A stretch of 60,851 nt of DNA, the filler included. It is 6 parts of 6 records of this genome, joined end to end, with 100 filler letters (N's around TTAATTAATTAA, not from the genome) between each part and the next. Parts side by side here need not be neighbours in the genome. Positions count along the whole stretch, not along the records: positions 36,744 to 52,172 come from DRR723986_6337; positions 52,273 to 60,851 come from DRR723986_6343; 4 more parts are not named here. One strand, 5' to 3'. This document shows positions 50,760 to 59,832 of this stretch, piece by piece. Position 1 is the first letter of the stretch. Each line of letters starts with the position of its first letter. A model generated the notes under the pieces. The model ran no database searches. It saw only the letters and a list, made by a program, of their open reading frames with translations, and was not told the origin of the DNA. A program made the translations under genes and the position numbers.

Positions 50760-51883
50760 CATTTGCCACCGTCCATGTGCCCCTTGGGGATCGTGCCTAC
50801 GATGTTTGCATCGGTCCGGGTCTGCTGACCCGCGCCGGAGCAGAGATTGCACCTCTTCTGACCCGTCCGCGCGTCTTTGTGGTAACGGAGGAACGTGTCG
50901 CCGGGCTGCACCTGGAGACACTGCGCGCCGGTCTTGCGGCGGACGGCATCGGGATGGAGGCGCTGATCCTGCCGCCGGGGGAGGCCACCAAAGGCTGGCC
51001 CGAATTCACGAGAACGGTCGAATGGCTGTTGGCCGAGCGGGTCGAGCGCAAGGATATCGTCGTGGCCTTCGGCGGGGGTGTTATCGGCGATCTTGCCGGG
51101 TTCGCCGCTGCCGTGTTGCGCCGTGGGGTGCGGTTCGTGCAGATCCCGACCAGCCTGCTGGCGCAGGTGGACAGTTCCGTGGGCGGCAAGACCGGAATCA
51201 ATTCGGTCGCGGGCAAGAATCTGATCGGGGCGTTCCATCAGCCGTCGCTGGTTCTGGCGGATATCTCGGTTCTGGGAACCCTGACACCGCGCGACTTTCT
51301 GGCGGGCTACGGCGAGGTGCAGAAATACGGGCTGCTTGGGGATGTTGGTTTCTTCGAATGGCTGGAAAATAACGGCCCTGCAATGGCGGCGGGCGACGAT
51401 GGCCTGCGCCTGGAGGCTGTGCGTCGCTCGGTTCAGATGAAGGCCGATATCGTCGAGCGGGACGAGACCGAACAGGGCGACCGGGCGCTGCTCAATCTCG
51501 GGCACACATTCTGCCACGCGCTGGAGGCCGCGACCGGCTATTCCGACCGGCTGCTGCATGGCGAAGGTGTGGCGATCGGCTGTGCGCTGGCGTTTGAGCT
51601 GTCCTATCGGCTCGGGTTGGTCAGTCAGGAAGAGCCGAGCCGGGTGCGCGAGCATATGGCTGCCATGGGCATGAAGAAGGATCTGGCGGACATTCCGGGT
51701 AACCTGCCGGATGCAGATGCGCTGTTGGAGCTGATGGGACAGGATAAGAAGGTCGTGGACGGGCAGCTGCGCTTCATCCTGGCGAAGTCCATCGGGGACG
51801 CGTTTGTGACAGCCGATGTGCCGCGTGATGCGGTGCGTACCCTGTTAACCGAAGCGCTGTCTGCGCGGAGTCAAAACTCTTGA
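50756..51883 (+). CDS. aroB: 3-dehydroquinate synthase
   Basis: GGGVIGDLAGF, PTSLLAQVDSSVGGKTG, LNLGHT, HGEGV. Confidence 0.97.
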   Translation: MTFATVHVPLGDRAYDVCIGPGLLTRAGAEIAPLLTRPRVFVVTEERVAGLHLETLRAGLAADGIGMEALILPPGEATKGWPEFTRTVEWLLAERVERKDIVVAFGGGVIGDLAGFAAAVLRRGVRFVQIPTSLLAQVDSSVGGKTGINSVAGKNLIGAFHQPSLVLADISVLGTLTPRDFLAGYGEVQKYGLLGDVGFFEWLENNGPAMAAGDDGLRLEAVRRSVQMKADIVERDETEQGDRALLNLGHTFCHALEAATGYSDRLLHGEGVAIGCALAFELSYRLGLVSQEEPSRVREHMAAMGMKKDLADIPGNLPDADALLELMGQDKKVVDGQLRFILAKSIGDAFVTADVPRDAVRTLLTEALSARSQNS

Positions 51884-51959
51884 ACCAAGAGTTTTGCGCG
51901 CTCTGAAAATCTTGGTTCAAGATTTTTCTACCCGGAAGAATTTTGGATCAAAATTCTTC
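51872..51959. repeat. Array of three AT-rich palindromes with TTG-N3-CAA core
   Basis: CAAAACTCTTG-AAC-CAAGAGTTTTG; AAAATCTTG-GTT-CAAGATTTT; GAAGAATTTTG-GAT-CAAAATTCTTC. Confidence 0.9.
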
Positions 51960-52172
51960 AGTCGGTGCCGCGATAGGGTTCAACATATTGCAACGCCATG
52001 TCCCATGGGAAAAAGATCCAGGTATCCTGGCTGACACCGGTGATGAAGGTGTCGACCATCGGTTCGCCCTTCGGCTTCGCATAGACCGTCGCGAAATGCG
52101 CCTTGGGATACATGGCGCGGACCACTTCAAGGGTCTTTCCGCTGTCGACCAGATCGTCGATCACCAGAACAC
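51958..52172 (-). CDS. gpt: Xanthine phosphoribosyltransferase, C-terminal part (partial)
   Basis: [15 protein letters not shown] motif, [15 protein letters not shown]. Confidence 0.92.
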
Positions 52173-52272
52173 NNNNNNNNNNNNNNNNNNNNNNNNNNNN
52201 NNNNNNNNNNNNNNNNTTAATTAATTAANNNNNNNNNNNNNNNNNNNNNNNNNNNNNNNNNNNNNNNNNNNN
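52173..52272. other. Artificial contig linker
   Basis: N44-TTAATTAATTAA-N44. Confidence 0.99.
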
Positions 52273-53578
52273 CTCGGGCTTTGGCCTGATGGAAATGTCG
52301 CGCCAGCGTCTGCGCCCCGGTATGATCGAGGCAACGACACAGCCGTGTCAGGCATGCCACGGCACCGGCTTGATCCGCTCTGACGATAACCTCGCTTTGT
52401 CGATCATTCGCCAGATCGAGGAAGAAGGCACGCGCCGCCGGTCCCGCGAAGTTCTGGTGAAATGTCCTGTGGGCATCGCCAACTTCCTGATGAACCAAAA
52501 ACGCGAGCATATCGCCCAGATTGAGGCGCGTTATGGTCTGTCTGTACGGATCGAAGGCGATCCGTCTCTGGTCAGCCCGGAGTTCACGCTAGAGAAATTC
52601 AAAACCGCGACCCGCAATGTGGCCCCTGTCGCCGATCACATCGTGTCTGTTGATACATCCTTGATGGATCAGATCGACGAAGATGAGGCCGACACATCCA
52701 GCGATGAAGACGCCCCGGAGGCGCATTCATCAAGCCACGACAACGGCCATGCAGATGGCGAAGGCAAACCAAAACGCCGCCGCCGCCGGCGTCGCAGCCG
52801 TGGTGGGCGCGGAAAGAACTCTGGTGGTGACTATCAGAATGGCGAAGACACCAAAGATGCCTCTTCTGCCGATGAGAACGCTGATGATGCGCCCCAGACT
52901 ACAGAAACTGCGGAAGCTGCCGAGCCTACCAGCCAGGAAACTGCTGAAGAGGCCAAGCCTGACGAGGTCGCACCTGTTGCGGCAGAGACGGCCACAGAGG
53001 CCGAAGCAGAGGCAACGGTAACGGAAGAAAAGCCCAAGCCGAAAACCCGCAGCCGGTCACGCAGCACCAGCGCCAAGGCCAAAGCCGAGAAAGAAGCGGC
53101 CGAGGCCGCAGCGGACGGTGACGCCAAAACTGCCGAACCTGCGCCAGAGGCGGCTGAGGAAGAAAAGCCCAAGCCGAAGCGTACCCGTGCCAAGGCCAAG
53201 CCAAAGCCAAAGGCAGAGACCAAAGCCGCCGAAGAGGTTAAGGAAGACGCGCCAGCGGAAGCCAAGGCCGATGACGCGCCAGAAGAAAAGCCCAAGCCAA
53301 AGCGCACCCGCGCCAAAGCCAAGCCGAAGGCAGAGCCAAAGACAAAAGCTGCGCCCAAGTCCAAAGCCAAGGCTGAGGAACCTGCGCCAACACCCGCGCC
53401 GGAAGAGACCAAAGCACCAGAACAGGCACCAGCGCCCACACCGGAGCCAGTTGCCGCCGAAGAGACCAAGGCCGAGGAACCTGCCGCGGCGGCGGAGCCT
53501 GCGGCAGAGGCCAAGCCCGCGCCCGCGGAAGAGCCGAAAAAGCCCAAGCGGCGCGGTTGGTGGTCCTTGGGGCGTTAA
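52273..53578 (+). CDS. rne: Ribonuclease E, C-terminal part (partial)
   Basis: SGFGLMEMSRQR, Zn-link CQACHGTG, Arg-rich segment, disordered tail ending RRGWW. Confidence 0.93.
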
Positions 53579-53724
53579 TGCCGGCAAGGTGTTGAACAGA
53601 AGCAGAAAGGTTGGGCCCCCGGGCCCAGCCACTGATCGTTACTGTTGAAAACCCTGTGCAACCCGTTACAGAGTTTGCCAATTTGGAACCTCAGGTGTCA
53701 AAGAAATCTTCGGCACAGGTCTCG

Positions 53725-53761
53725 TTGCACTTTGCTTGGTGGCGTATTACATTGTATTACG
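53725..53761 (+). promoter_or_regulatory. Toxin-antitoxin promoter with overlapping operator
   Basis: TTGCAC, 17 nt, TACATT; CGTATTAC-ATT-GTATTACG imperfect dyad over the -10. Confidence 0.7.
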
Positions 53762-53782
53762 AAGTCATCGAAAGGTACGACG

Positions 53783-54067
53783 TTGGGCACCACACCTTAC
53801 TCAATTCGTCTCGACGACGAACTCAGGCAATCACTGGAACGCGAAGCTGAGATCGAAGATCGACCACCCGCTCAACTCGCTGTGCGTGCCATTCGTTCGA
53901 TGCTGAACGCCAAAGCCGCGAAGCGTGCGGCGATAGAGGCCGCTTTTCAGCAAGCAGATCAGGGGGAGTTCATTTCGGCCGAGGCAATGAATGGCTGGAT
54001 AGATTCTTGGGATACTGAGAATGAGGTTTCGGCTCCGAAAGTGGACATCACGCCTGATAGCCGATGA
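53783..54067 (+). CDS. Ribbon-helix-helix (CopG-like) antitoxin
   Basis: TTG start after GAAAGG; YSIRLDDELRQSL RHH; acidic C-terminus ADQGEFIS..W..SW.TENE. Confidence 0.8.
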   Translation: MGTTPYSIRLDDELRQSLEREAEIEDRPPAQLAVRAIRSMLNAKAAKRAAIEAAFQQADQGEFISAEAMNGWIDSWDTENEVSAPKVDITPDSR

Positions 54068-54345
54068 AAATCGTATTCCTTCAAGATGCAGCGCAGGACA
54101 TTAGGTGGTTTCGCTACTACTACCAATCCGTCTTTCCTGAAGGCAGCGCAAAGGCCCGGGCTCAGCTAAGAGCTGTCCAGGTGACTCTGGCAGCGAACCC
54201 CTATGCAGGCCATCCAAGCGAAGTTCGAGTTGATGTGCGAGAGCTCTCAATTCCTCGAACGCCGTTCACAATCATTTACCGCGTTGTGCCCACTCAAATC
54301 GAGATACTGCGCCTCTGGGATACCCGGCAGGGCGCTGGTTATTGA
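54064..54345 (+). CDS. RelE/ParE family type II toxin
   Basis: MKIVF..A..DI, LAANP..G, REL, IIYRV..IEILRLW; ATGA overlap with the antitoxin. Confidence 0.85.
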   Translation: MKIVFLQDAAQDIRWFRYYYQSVFPEGSAKARAQLRAVQVTLAANPYAGHPSEVRVDVRELSIPRTPFTIIYRVVPTQIEILRLWDTRQGAGY

Positions 54346-54479
54346 AGAAGGAAAAGTGGTGCCAAGCTGCGCCCCGTCCAACATTTATCTACGGCGGCTT
54401 GGCCTTCGAGCCTGCCTTTTTCTTTGTGGTATGCTGTTTCCTTAAGGAACCGTGAACACGGCACCCGACCCGCAAGTGA

Positions 54480-54707
54480 TCAGCCGCCTTTGCGCACCAG
54501 ATAGATCTGCACATCACCTTCTTGCGCGGTCTCGACCAATGCATGTCCGGCCTCGGCGCAGAAATGCGGTACATCGACCACCGCCGCCGGATCATCCGCC
54601 CGCAGCCGCATGCAATCGCCCGCATCCAATGGGCCCAACCGCTTGCGCAGTTTCAGGACAGGCAAGGGGCACAACAGCCCGGTGGCATCGAGATCTTCAA
54701 TCTTCAT
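54480..54707 (-). CDS. tusA: Sulfurtransferase TusA/SirA family protein
   Basis: LDATGLLCPLPVL, ADDP...DVPHFC. Confidence 0.9.
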   Translation of the reverse strand: MKIEDLDATGLLCPLPVLKLRKRLGPLDAGDCMRLRADDPAAVVDVPHFCAEAGHALVETAQEGDVQIYLVRKGG

Positions 54708-54799
54708 AGGCCTGAGATAAATCAGATGTTACACCCCGTCCACAGTGTTGTGACCGGATGGGGCGTGACGGCGGGCGCGAAGGCGGGTAGGTGTGGCCC

Positions 54800-55552
54800 A
54801 TGTTTGGAATTGAACTGATTGATGCGGGGCTGATGCCCGCCATGATCATCGCGCTGGTGGCGGGTGTGATCAGCTTTCTCAGCCCCTGCGTGCTGCCGAT
54901 TGTGCCGCCCTATCTGGCCTATATGAGCGGCGTATCCCTCAACGATATGTCCAGCGGCGGGGAGGCGCGCAGGCGCGCCGTGATCGCGGCGCTGTTTTTT
55001 GTGCTGGGCCTCAGCACGGTGTTTTTGATCCTTGGCTTCACGGCCTCGGCCTTTGGTGCGTTTTTCCTGCAAAATCAGGTGCTTTTCGCGCAAATCTCTG
55101 GCGTTGTGATCATTGTCTTTGGTCTGCATTTCATCGGGTTGTTCCGTATTCCGTTTCTGGATCAGGAGGCGCGGCTGGATGCGGGTGACAAAGGTGGATC
55201 AAGCTTTGGTGCCTATGTTCTGGGTCTCGCCTTTGCCTTTGGCTGGACCCCCTGTATCGGCCCGCAACTGGGCGCGATCCTGTCCCTTGCGGCCTCCGAA
55301 GGCTCGGTTAGCAAAGGCACATTACTGCTGGGGATCTATGCCATCGGTTTGGGTCTGCCGTTCTTGCTGGCGGCGATGTTCATCACCCGTGCGATGGGAG
55401 TGATGAACCGGATCAAACCGCATATGAAACTGGTTGAACGGATCATGGGCGGTCTTCTGGTTCTGGTGGGGCTGGCAATGGTCACCGGCGCCTTCAGCAG
55501 CTTTGCCTTTTGGCTGCTTGAAACCTTTCCGGCGCTGGCGACTTTGGGCTGA
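54800..55552 (+). CDS. ccdA: Cytochrome c biogenesis protein CcdA
   Basis: SFLSPCVLP and GWTPCIGP redox Cys motifs, multiple TMs. Confidence 0.93.
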   Translation: MFGIELIDAGLMPAMIIALVAGVISFLSPCVLPIVPPYLAYMSGVSLNDMSSGGEARRRAVIAALFFVLGLSTVFLILGFTASAFGAFFLQNQVLFAQISGVVIIVFGLHFIGLFRIPFLDQEARLDAGDKGGSSFGAYVLGLAFAFGWTPCIGPQLGAILSLAASEGSVSKGTLLLGIYAIGLGLPFLLAAMFITRAMGVMNRIKPHMKLVERIMGGLLVLVGLAMVTGAFSSFAFWLLETFPALATLG

Positions 55553-55616
55553 TCGAAGCCGGGTTTTGCGGGCGAATTCACTACCCGTTAGGACTCTTCG
55601 CGGCTAAACTTGCCGG

Positions 55617-56888
55617 ATGAGCAGACAAGGCGCAGATCAACCCTTTCGGCGGCGGGTGTTTTACATTCCCGGCTATGATCCGATCCATCCGCGCCGCTAT
55701 CGCGAACTCTACCGCAAAGAAGGCGCAGAAGAGGCGGCGATCTCTGGCTATCAGCTGGCACTGTCGCCCAAAACGGCCAAGGGCGCTTATGGCTGGCACG
55801 TTGATACGGTTGTTGATGGTGCGGCGACACGGGCGGATGTTGAGGTATTGGTCTGGTCCGACATTGTGCGCGTTTCGATGGATGGCTCAATCCCTGGCAC
55901 CTATCTGCAATTGCTGCGCACCGCGTGGATCTACATCAGCAGTGGGGCTCTTTGGCGGTTGATGAAGCTGCGCAAGGGGCCCGTGATGGCCGCGCTTTAT
56001 CCGGTCGGGATGTTGCTGTTGCAATTGCTGCTGGCGGGGCTGGTGTTTTGGGGCATTACGACATTGGTCGGGATCGGCGCGGGCGTGGTTGAGCGGTTCT
56101 TTTGGCCCAATCGGGTTTTTACTCCGCTGTTCTATCCGTCCATCGCCTTGTCCTTGTTGGCAGGGGGGCTTTGCGCCACCGCTTTGCTGAGATGGTTCAA
56201 AGGCAAGGACAATCACCTCTACGCCTATTACCTGATGCATGATTATGCCCATGCGGCGGCGCACAGGGGGGCTTATCCGCCGGAACTTGAGATGCGCATT
56301 GCCGGTTTTGCAGACACCATAGCCGACGCCCTACAGGAAGACGTACAAGAGGTTCTGATCGTCGGCCATTCTTCCGGCGCCTATTTGGCTGTGTCTGTTC
56401 TGGCCGATCTGATCCGCTCTGGACGGGTGCCGGAAACCGGTCCAGCACTGGGGTTTTTGTCATTGGGGCAGGTGGTCCCGATGGTTTCTTTTTTGCCAAA
56501 GGCAGACCGTTTGCGCCGCGATCTGCATGAATTGGCAGCCACGGACGCCCTGACTTGGGTGGATGTGACCGCGCCGGGGGATGGCTGCGCATTTGCGCTG
56601 TGCGATCCGGTGGCGGTGTCGGGGGTGGCACCAGAGAACAAGAAATGGCCGCTGGTGTTTTCGGCCGCTTTCACTCAAACCCTGAGTCCAACGCGGTGGA
56701 AGGCCTTGCGCTGGCGATTTTTTCGGCTGCATTTTCAATACCTTTGCGCGTTTGATCAGCCCAAGGATTATGATTACTTCCAGATCACCGCCGGTCCGAT
56801 CCCCTTGGGCCAGCGTTATACTGGCCGTCCGCCATCCAAATCGCGGATCGAGACACCGGTGAACCGTTACAGGGATATGGCGCCGTGA
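55617..56888 (+). CDS. Hypothetical membrane protein with serine-hydrolase-like motif
   Basis: YIPGYDP, two TM segments, IVGHSSGA, DGC, RLHFQY; GTGA overlap with the P450. Confidence 0.75.
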   Translation: MSRQGADQPFRRRVFYIPGYDPIHPRRYRELYRKEGAEEAAISGYQLALSPKTAKGAYGWHVDTVVDGAATRADVEVLVWSDIVRVSMDGSIPGTYLQLLRTAWIYISSGALWRLMKLRKGPVMAALYPVGMLLLQLLLAGLVFWGITTLVGIGAGVVERFFWPNRVFTPLFYPSIALSLLAGGLCATALLRWFKGKDNHLYAYYLMHDYAHAAAHRGAYPPELEMRIAGFADTIADALQEDVQEVLIVGHSSGAYLAVSVLADLIRSGRVPETGPALGFLSLGQVVPMVSFLPKADRLRRDLHELAATDALTWVDVTAPGDGCAFALCDPVAVSGVAPENKKWPLVFSAAFTQTLSPTRWKALRWRFFRLHFQYLCAFDQPKDYDYFQITAGPIPLGQRYTGRPPSKSRIETPVNRYRDMAP

Positions 56889-58237
56889 GCCTTCCGCCAA
56901 AGCCGCCCAGCCGCCCTGAGAAAGTGTCGCTTTGGCAGTATATGCGCCTGTTTCGCCGCGATATTCTGTCCGCGCAGCCTGCCAAGCTGTACCGCGCCTG
57001 GATGGCGGAGTTTCGCACGCCGTTTTTCCGCAGTTTCATGATCAACGATCCGGCGCTGGTTGAGACGGTTCTGAAACAGCGCCCGGATGATTTCCCCAAA
57101 TCCGGCAGGATCAGCGAAGGCCTGCGCCCGCTCCTTGGCAATTCGGTGTTCCTGACCAATGGCGCGGCATGGAAGCGCCAGCGCCGCATCATTGATCCGG
57201 CCTTTGAGGGCGGACGCTTGCGCGAAACATTTCCCGCCATGTGGAATGCAGCGGAGGCCGCAGCGGCACGTCTGGACGGGCAGGCGGGCCAGATTTTTGA
57301 GGTCGAAGCGCAGGCGAGCCATGCCGCCGCTGATGTCATATTCCGCACCCTGTTTTCGATCCCGATAGATCACCATCTGGCGCAGCAGGTGTTCGATGCT
57401 TTTCGCAACTATCAGCGCAGCCAGCCAATCCTGAATCTGGGCGCGTTTCTGCCGCTGCCGGGGTGGATGCCGCGGCTGCACCGTCGGGGCACCCGGCAGA
57501 ATGCGGCCAAGATCCGTGGTTTGATCACTGAACTCACGCAAAACCGGGCGGCAGAGATTGCCGCCGGGACTGCGCCGGATGATCTGGCCACCAAGATCAT
57601 GACCACCGTTGATCCCCAAACCGGAGAGACCTTCAGTACAGATGAAATGGTCGATCAGGTGGCGATCTTTTTCCTGGCAGGGCATGAAACAAGCGCCTCG
57701 GCGCTGGCTTGGGCGCTGTATCTTCTGGCGCTGTATCCCGATTGGCAAAACAAGGTGGCGGAGGAAGCCAAGGCATTGAAGCACTGCGATTTTTCGGTTG
57801 TATCAAAGCTCAGGACCAGCCGCGATGTGTTTCGCGAGGCGTTGCGGCTTTACCCGCCGGTGCCGATGATGGTGCGCGAGGCAAAATGCCCCGAACACTT
57901 CCGTGACCGTCCGGTGCCCAAGGCGGCGCAACTGGTGCTGAGCCCCTGGCATTTGCACCGGCACGAACGTCTTTGGGACAATCCCGATGGGTTTGATCCC
58001 GCACGCTGGAACAGTGAAAACGGCAAAGCCTGCCAGCGCAACGCCTATATACCGTTTTCCGCCGGGGCGCGGGTCTGTCCGGGGGCAGGGTTTGCCATGG
58101 TGGAGGGGCCGCTGATCCTGTCGCGGATCTTGCGCGATTACCGGGTTGTCGTGCAGCCGGAAAAAACACCAGTGCCGGTTGCCCATCTGACAGTCCGGGC
58201 GCAGAACGGCATTTGGCTGGGTCTTGAGCGGCGGTAG
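56885..58237 (+). CDS. Cytochrome P450
   Basis: AGHETS I-helix, EALRLYPP, FDPARW, PFSAGARVCPG heme Cys. Confidence 0.96.
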   Translation: MSLPPKPPSRPEKVSLWQYMRLFRRDILSAQPAKLYRAWMAEFRTPFFRSFMINDPALVETVLKQRPDDFPKSGRISEGLRPLLGNSVFLTNGAAWKRQRRIIDPAFEGGRLRETFPAMWNAAEAAAARLDGQAGQIFEVEAQASHAAADVIFRTLFSIPIDHHLAQQVFDAFRNYQRSQPILNLGAFLPLPGWMPRLHRRGTRQNAAKIRGLITELTQNRAAEIAAGTAPDDLATKIMTTVDPQTGETFSTDEMVDQVAIFFLAGHETSASALAWALYLLALYPDWQNKVAEEAKALKHCDFSVVSKLRTSRDVFREALRLYPPVPMMVREAKCPEHFRDRPVPKAAQLVLSPWHLHRHERLWDNPDGFDPARWNSENGKACQRNAYIPFSAGARVCPGAGFAMVEGPLILSRILRDYRVVVQPEKTPVPVAHLTVRAQNGIWLGLERR

Positions 58238-58311
58238 GTTCTATCATCGCGGGCGGCTTTGAATTAGAACCCCAGTCAAACGGAATCATTTTCAAAAGCG
58301 GGGATATCAGG

Positions 58312-59205
58312 ATGCCAATCGACAACGCACAAAAGGCGCAGATGCAAAGCGGCGCAGGGTTTATTGCGGCCTTGGATCAGTCTGGCGGATCCACTCCCAA
58401 AGCGCTGAGCCTTTATGGTGTTGAACCTGAGGACTACAACGGCGAGACCGAGATGTTTCAGGCAATGCATGACATGCGGGCGCGGATTATTCTGGCCGAT
58501 GATTTCACCTCGTCCAAGGTGATTGGCGCGATCCTGTTTGAACGCACGATGGACGCCACGATCAAGGGCAAGCCCGTGGCGCAATTGCTCTGGGAAGACC
58601 GCGGTGTGGTGCCGTTTTTGAAGATCGACAAGGGTCTGGCGGATCAGGAAAACGATGTGCAACGGCTCAAGCCGATGCCGGATCTTGATGCATTGCTGAC
58701 CCGTGCCAAGGCGGCGGGCATTTTTGGCACCAAGGAACGCTCGGTCATTCACGAGGCCAATGAAGCGGGTATCGAAGCCGTCGTGGCCCAGCAATTTGAG
58801 GTTGCCAAACAGGTCTGTGCGGCGGGGCTGGTGCCGATCATCGAGCCAGAGGTGAATATTCATTCAGGCACAAAAGCGGAAGCCGAACAGATGCTTGCCG
58901 CCGCGTTGTTGCGTCATGTCGAGGCGTTGTCGGCGGATGAACTGGTGATGCTTAAGCTGACCATTCCAGAGCAGCCGGGGATCTATGACGCCCTGGCCGA
59001 TCATGACAATGTGTTGCGGGTTGTGGCGCTGTCTGGCGGCTATTCCACAGATGAGGCCTGTGCGCGTCTGGCCCAGAATGGCAAGATGATCGCGAGCTTT
59101 TCCCGGGCGTTGACCGAAGGGTTGAACGTCAAGATGACGGATGCGGAGTTTAACGCGGCGCTGGGGGCGAATATCGATCAGATTTACAAGGCCTCTGTGG
59201 TATAA
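58312..59205 (+). CDS. Class I fructose-bisphosphate aldolase
   Basis: FIAALDQSGGSTPKAL, AILFE, GTKERS, PIIEPEV, LSGGY, ASFSRAL. Confidence 0.95.
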   Translation: MPIDNAQKAQMQSGAGFIAALDQSGGSTPKALSLYGVEPEDYNGETEMFQAMHDMRARIILADDFTSSKVIGAILFERTMDATIKGKPVAQLLWEDRGVVPFLKIDKGLADQENDVQRLKPMPDLDALLTRAKAAGIFGTKERSVIHEANEAGIEAVVAQQFEVAKQVCAAGLVPIIEPEVNIHSGTKAEAEQMLAAALLRHVEALSADELVMLKLTIPEQPGIYDALADHDNVLRVVALSGGYSTDEACARLAQNGKMIASFSRALTEGLNVKMTDAEFNAALGANIDQIYKASVV

Positions 59206-59242
59206 AGCACAGCAGGCGGCTTGGACAAAATGGCTTCGGTTG

Positions 59243-59362
59243 CCGAATTCTTTAAAGAATTCGGTCCGTTTCCTTTGAAGGAAACGGGCGTTTGTCGCAT
59301 AGGGCGTTCATAGGTTTCCGAAGTCTTTAAAGACTTCGGTTCGATTTTTTTGAAAAAATCGG
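59243..59362. repeat. Two 45-bp doublets of 22-bp palindromes, 75-bp period
   Basis: CCGAATTCTTTAAAGAATTCGG-T-CCGTTTCCTTTGAAGGAAACGG and CCGAAGTCTTTAAAGACTTCGG-T-TCGATTTTTTTGAAAAAATCGG. Confidence 0.9.
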
Positions 59363-59590
59363 CCCAGTTATCAGGCGAATGGGCTCCTGGTTGCAGAAAA
59401 TGACAAGCTGTCCGGCGTTTTCTACTGCGTGAAAGCCGCGCCGGTTCAGTTCCGACAGGAACTCCTCCAATCCGACATAACGTTCGATATCGCGGATTTT
59501 GCGCCTGACCACGCCCCCCTCTCGGGCGGCTTTGGCGCTGAACAAATGTGTCGTCCAGTTATGCGGGGACAGTTCGGCAGGCAGGGTCAT
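59327..59590 (-). CDS. Small hypothetical protein
   Basis: 87 aa, LFSAKAAREGGVVRR..RDIERYVG...ENAGQLVIFCN; RBS-like AGGG; no TrpF-size barrel. Confidence 0.75.
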   Translation of the reverse strand: MTLPAELSPHNWTTHLFSAKAAREGGVVRRKIRDIERYVGLEEFLSELNRRGFHAVENAGQLVIFCNQEPIRLITGPIFSKKSNRSL

Positions 59591-59607
59591 GCGCCAACCC
59601 TGCCTGT

Positions 59608-59832
59608 TTAAGGTAAACGTTCCTTTAACGAGCGCAGCACATACAGCCGTATCGCCGAGGCCAGTCCCAAATCCAGCCCGCGTTCTGCATCAATCTGCGC
59701 CACAAGCGCATTGATCGGCACGCCGCGCTGCGCCGCGATGGCGCGAAACTCCCGCCAAAACTCATCTTCCAAAGACACCGACGTGCGATGGCCCTTGAGG
59801 GTGACGGAATGTTTGACGGGCCGCCCGCTCAT
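59608..59832 (-). CDS. Ribbon-helix-helix domain protein
   Basis: KHSVTLKGHRTSVSLEDEFW, LASAIRLYVL. Confidence 0.88.
   Translation of the reverse strand: MSGRPVKHSVTLKGHRTSVSLEDEFWREFRAIAAQRGVPINALVAQIDAERGLDLGLASAIRLYVLRSLKERLP

Noticed and set aside
59243..59362. Palindrome arrays (also 51872-51959) as a mini CRISPR array
   Set aside because: Units are not identical direct repeats, spacers are too short or irregular, and there are no cas genes
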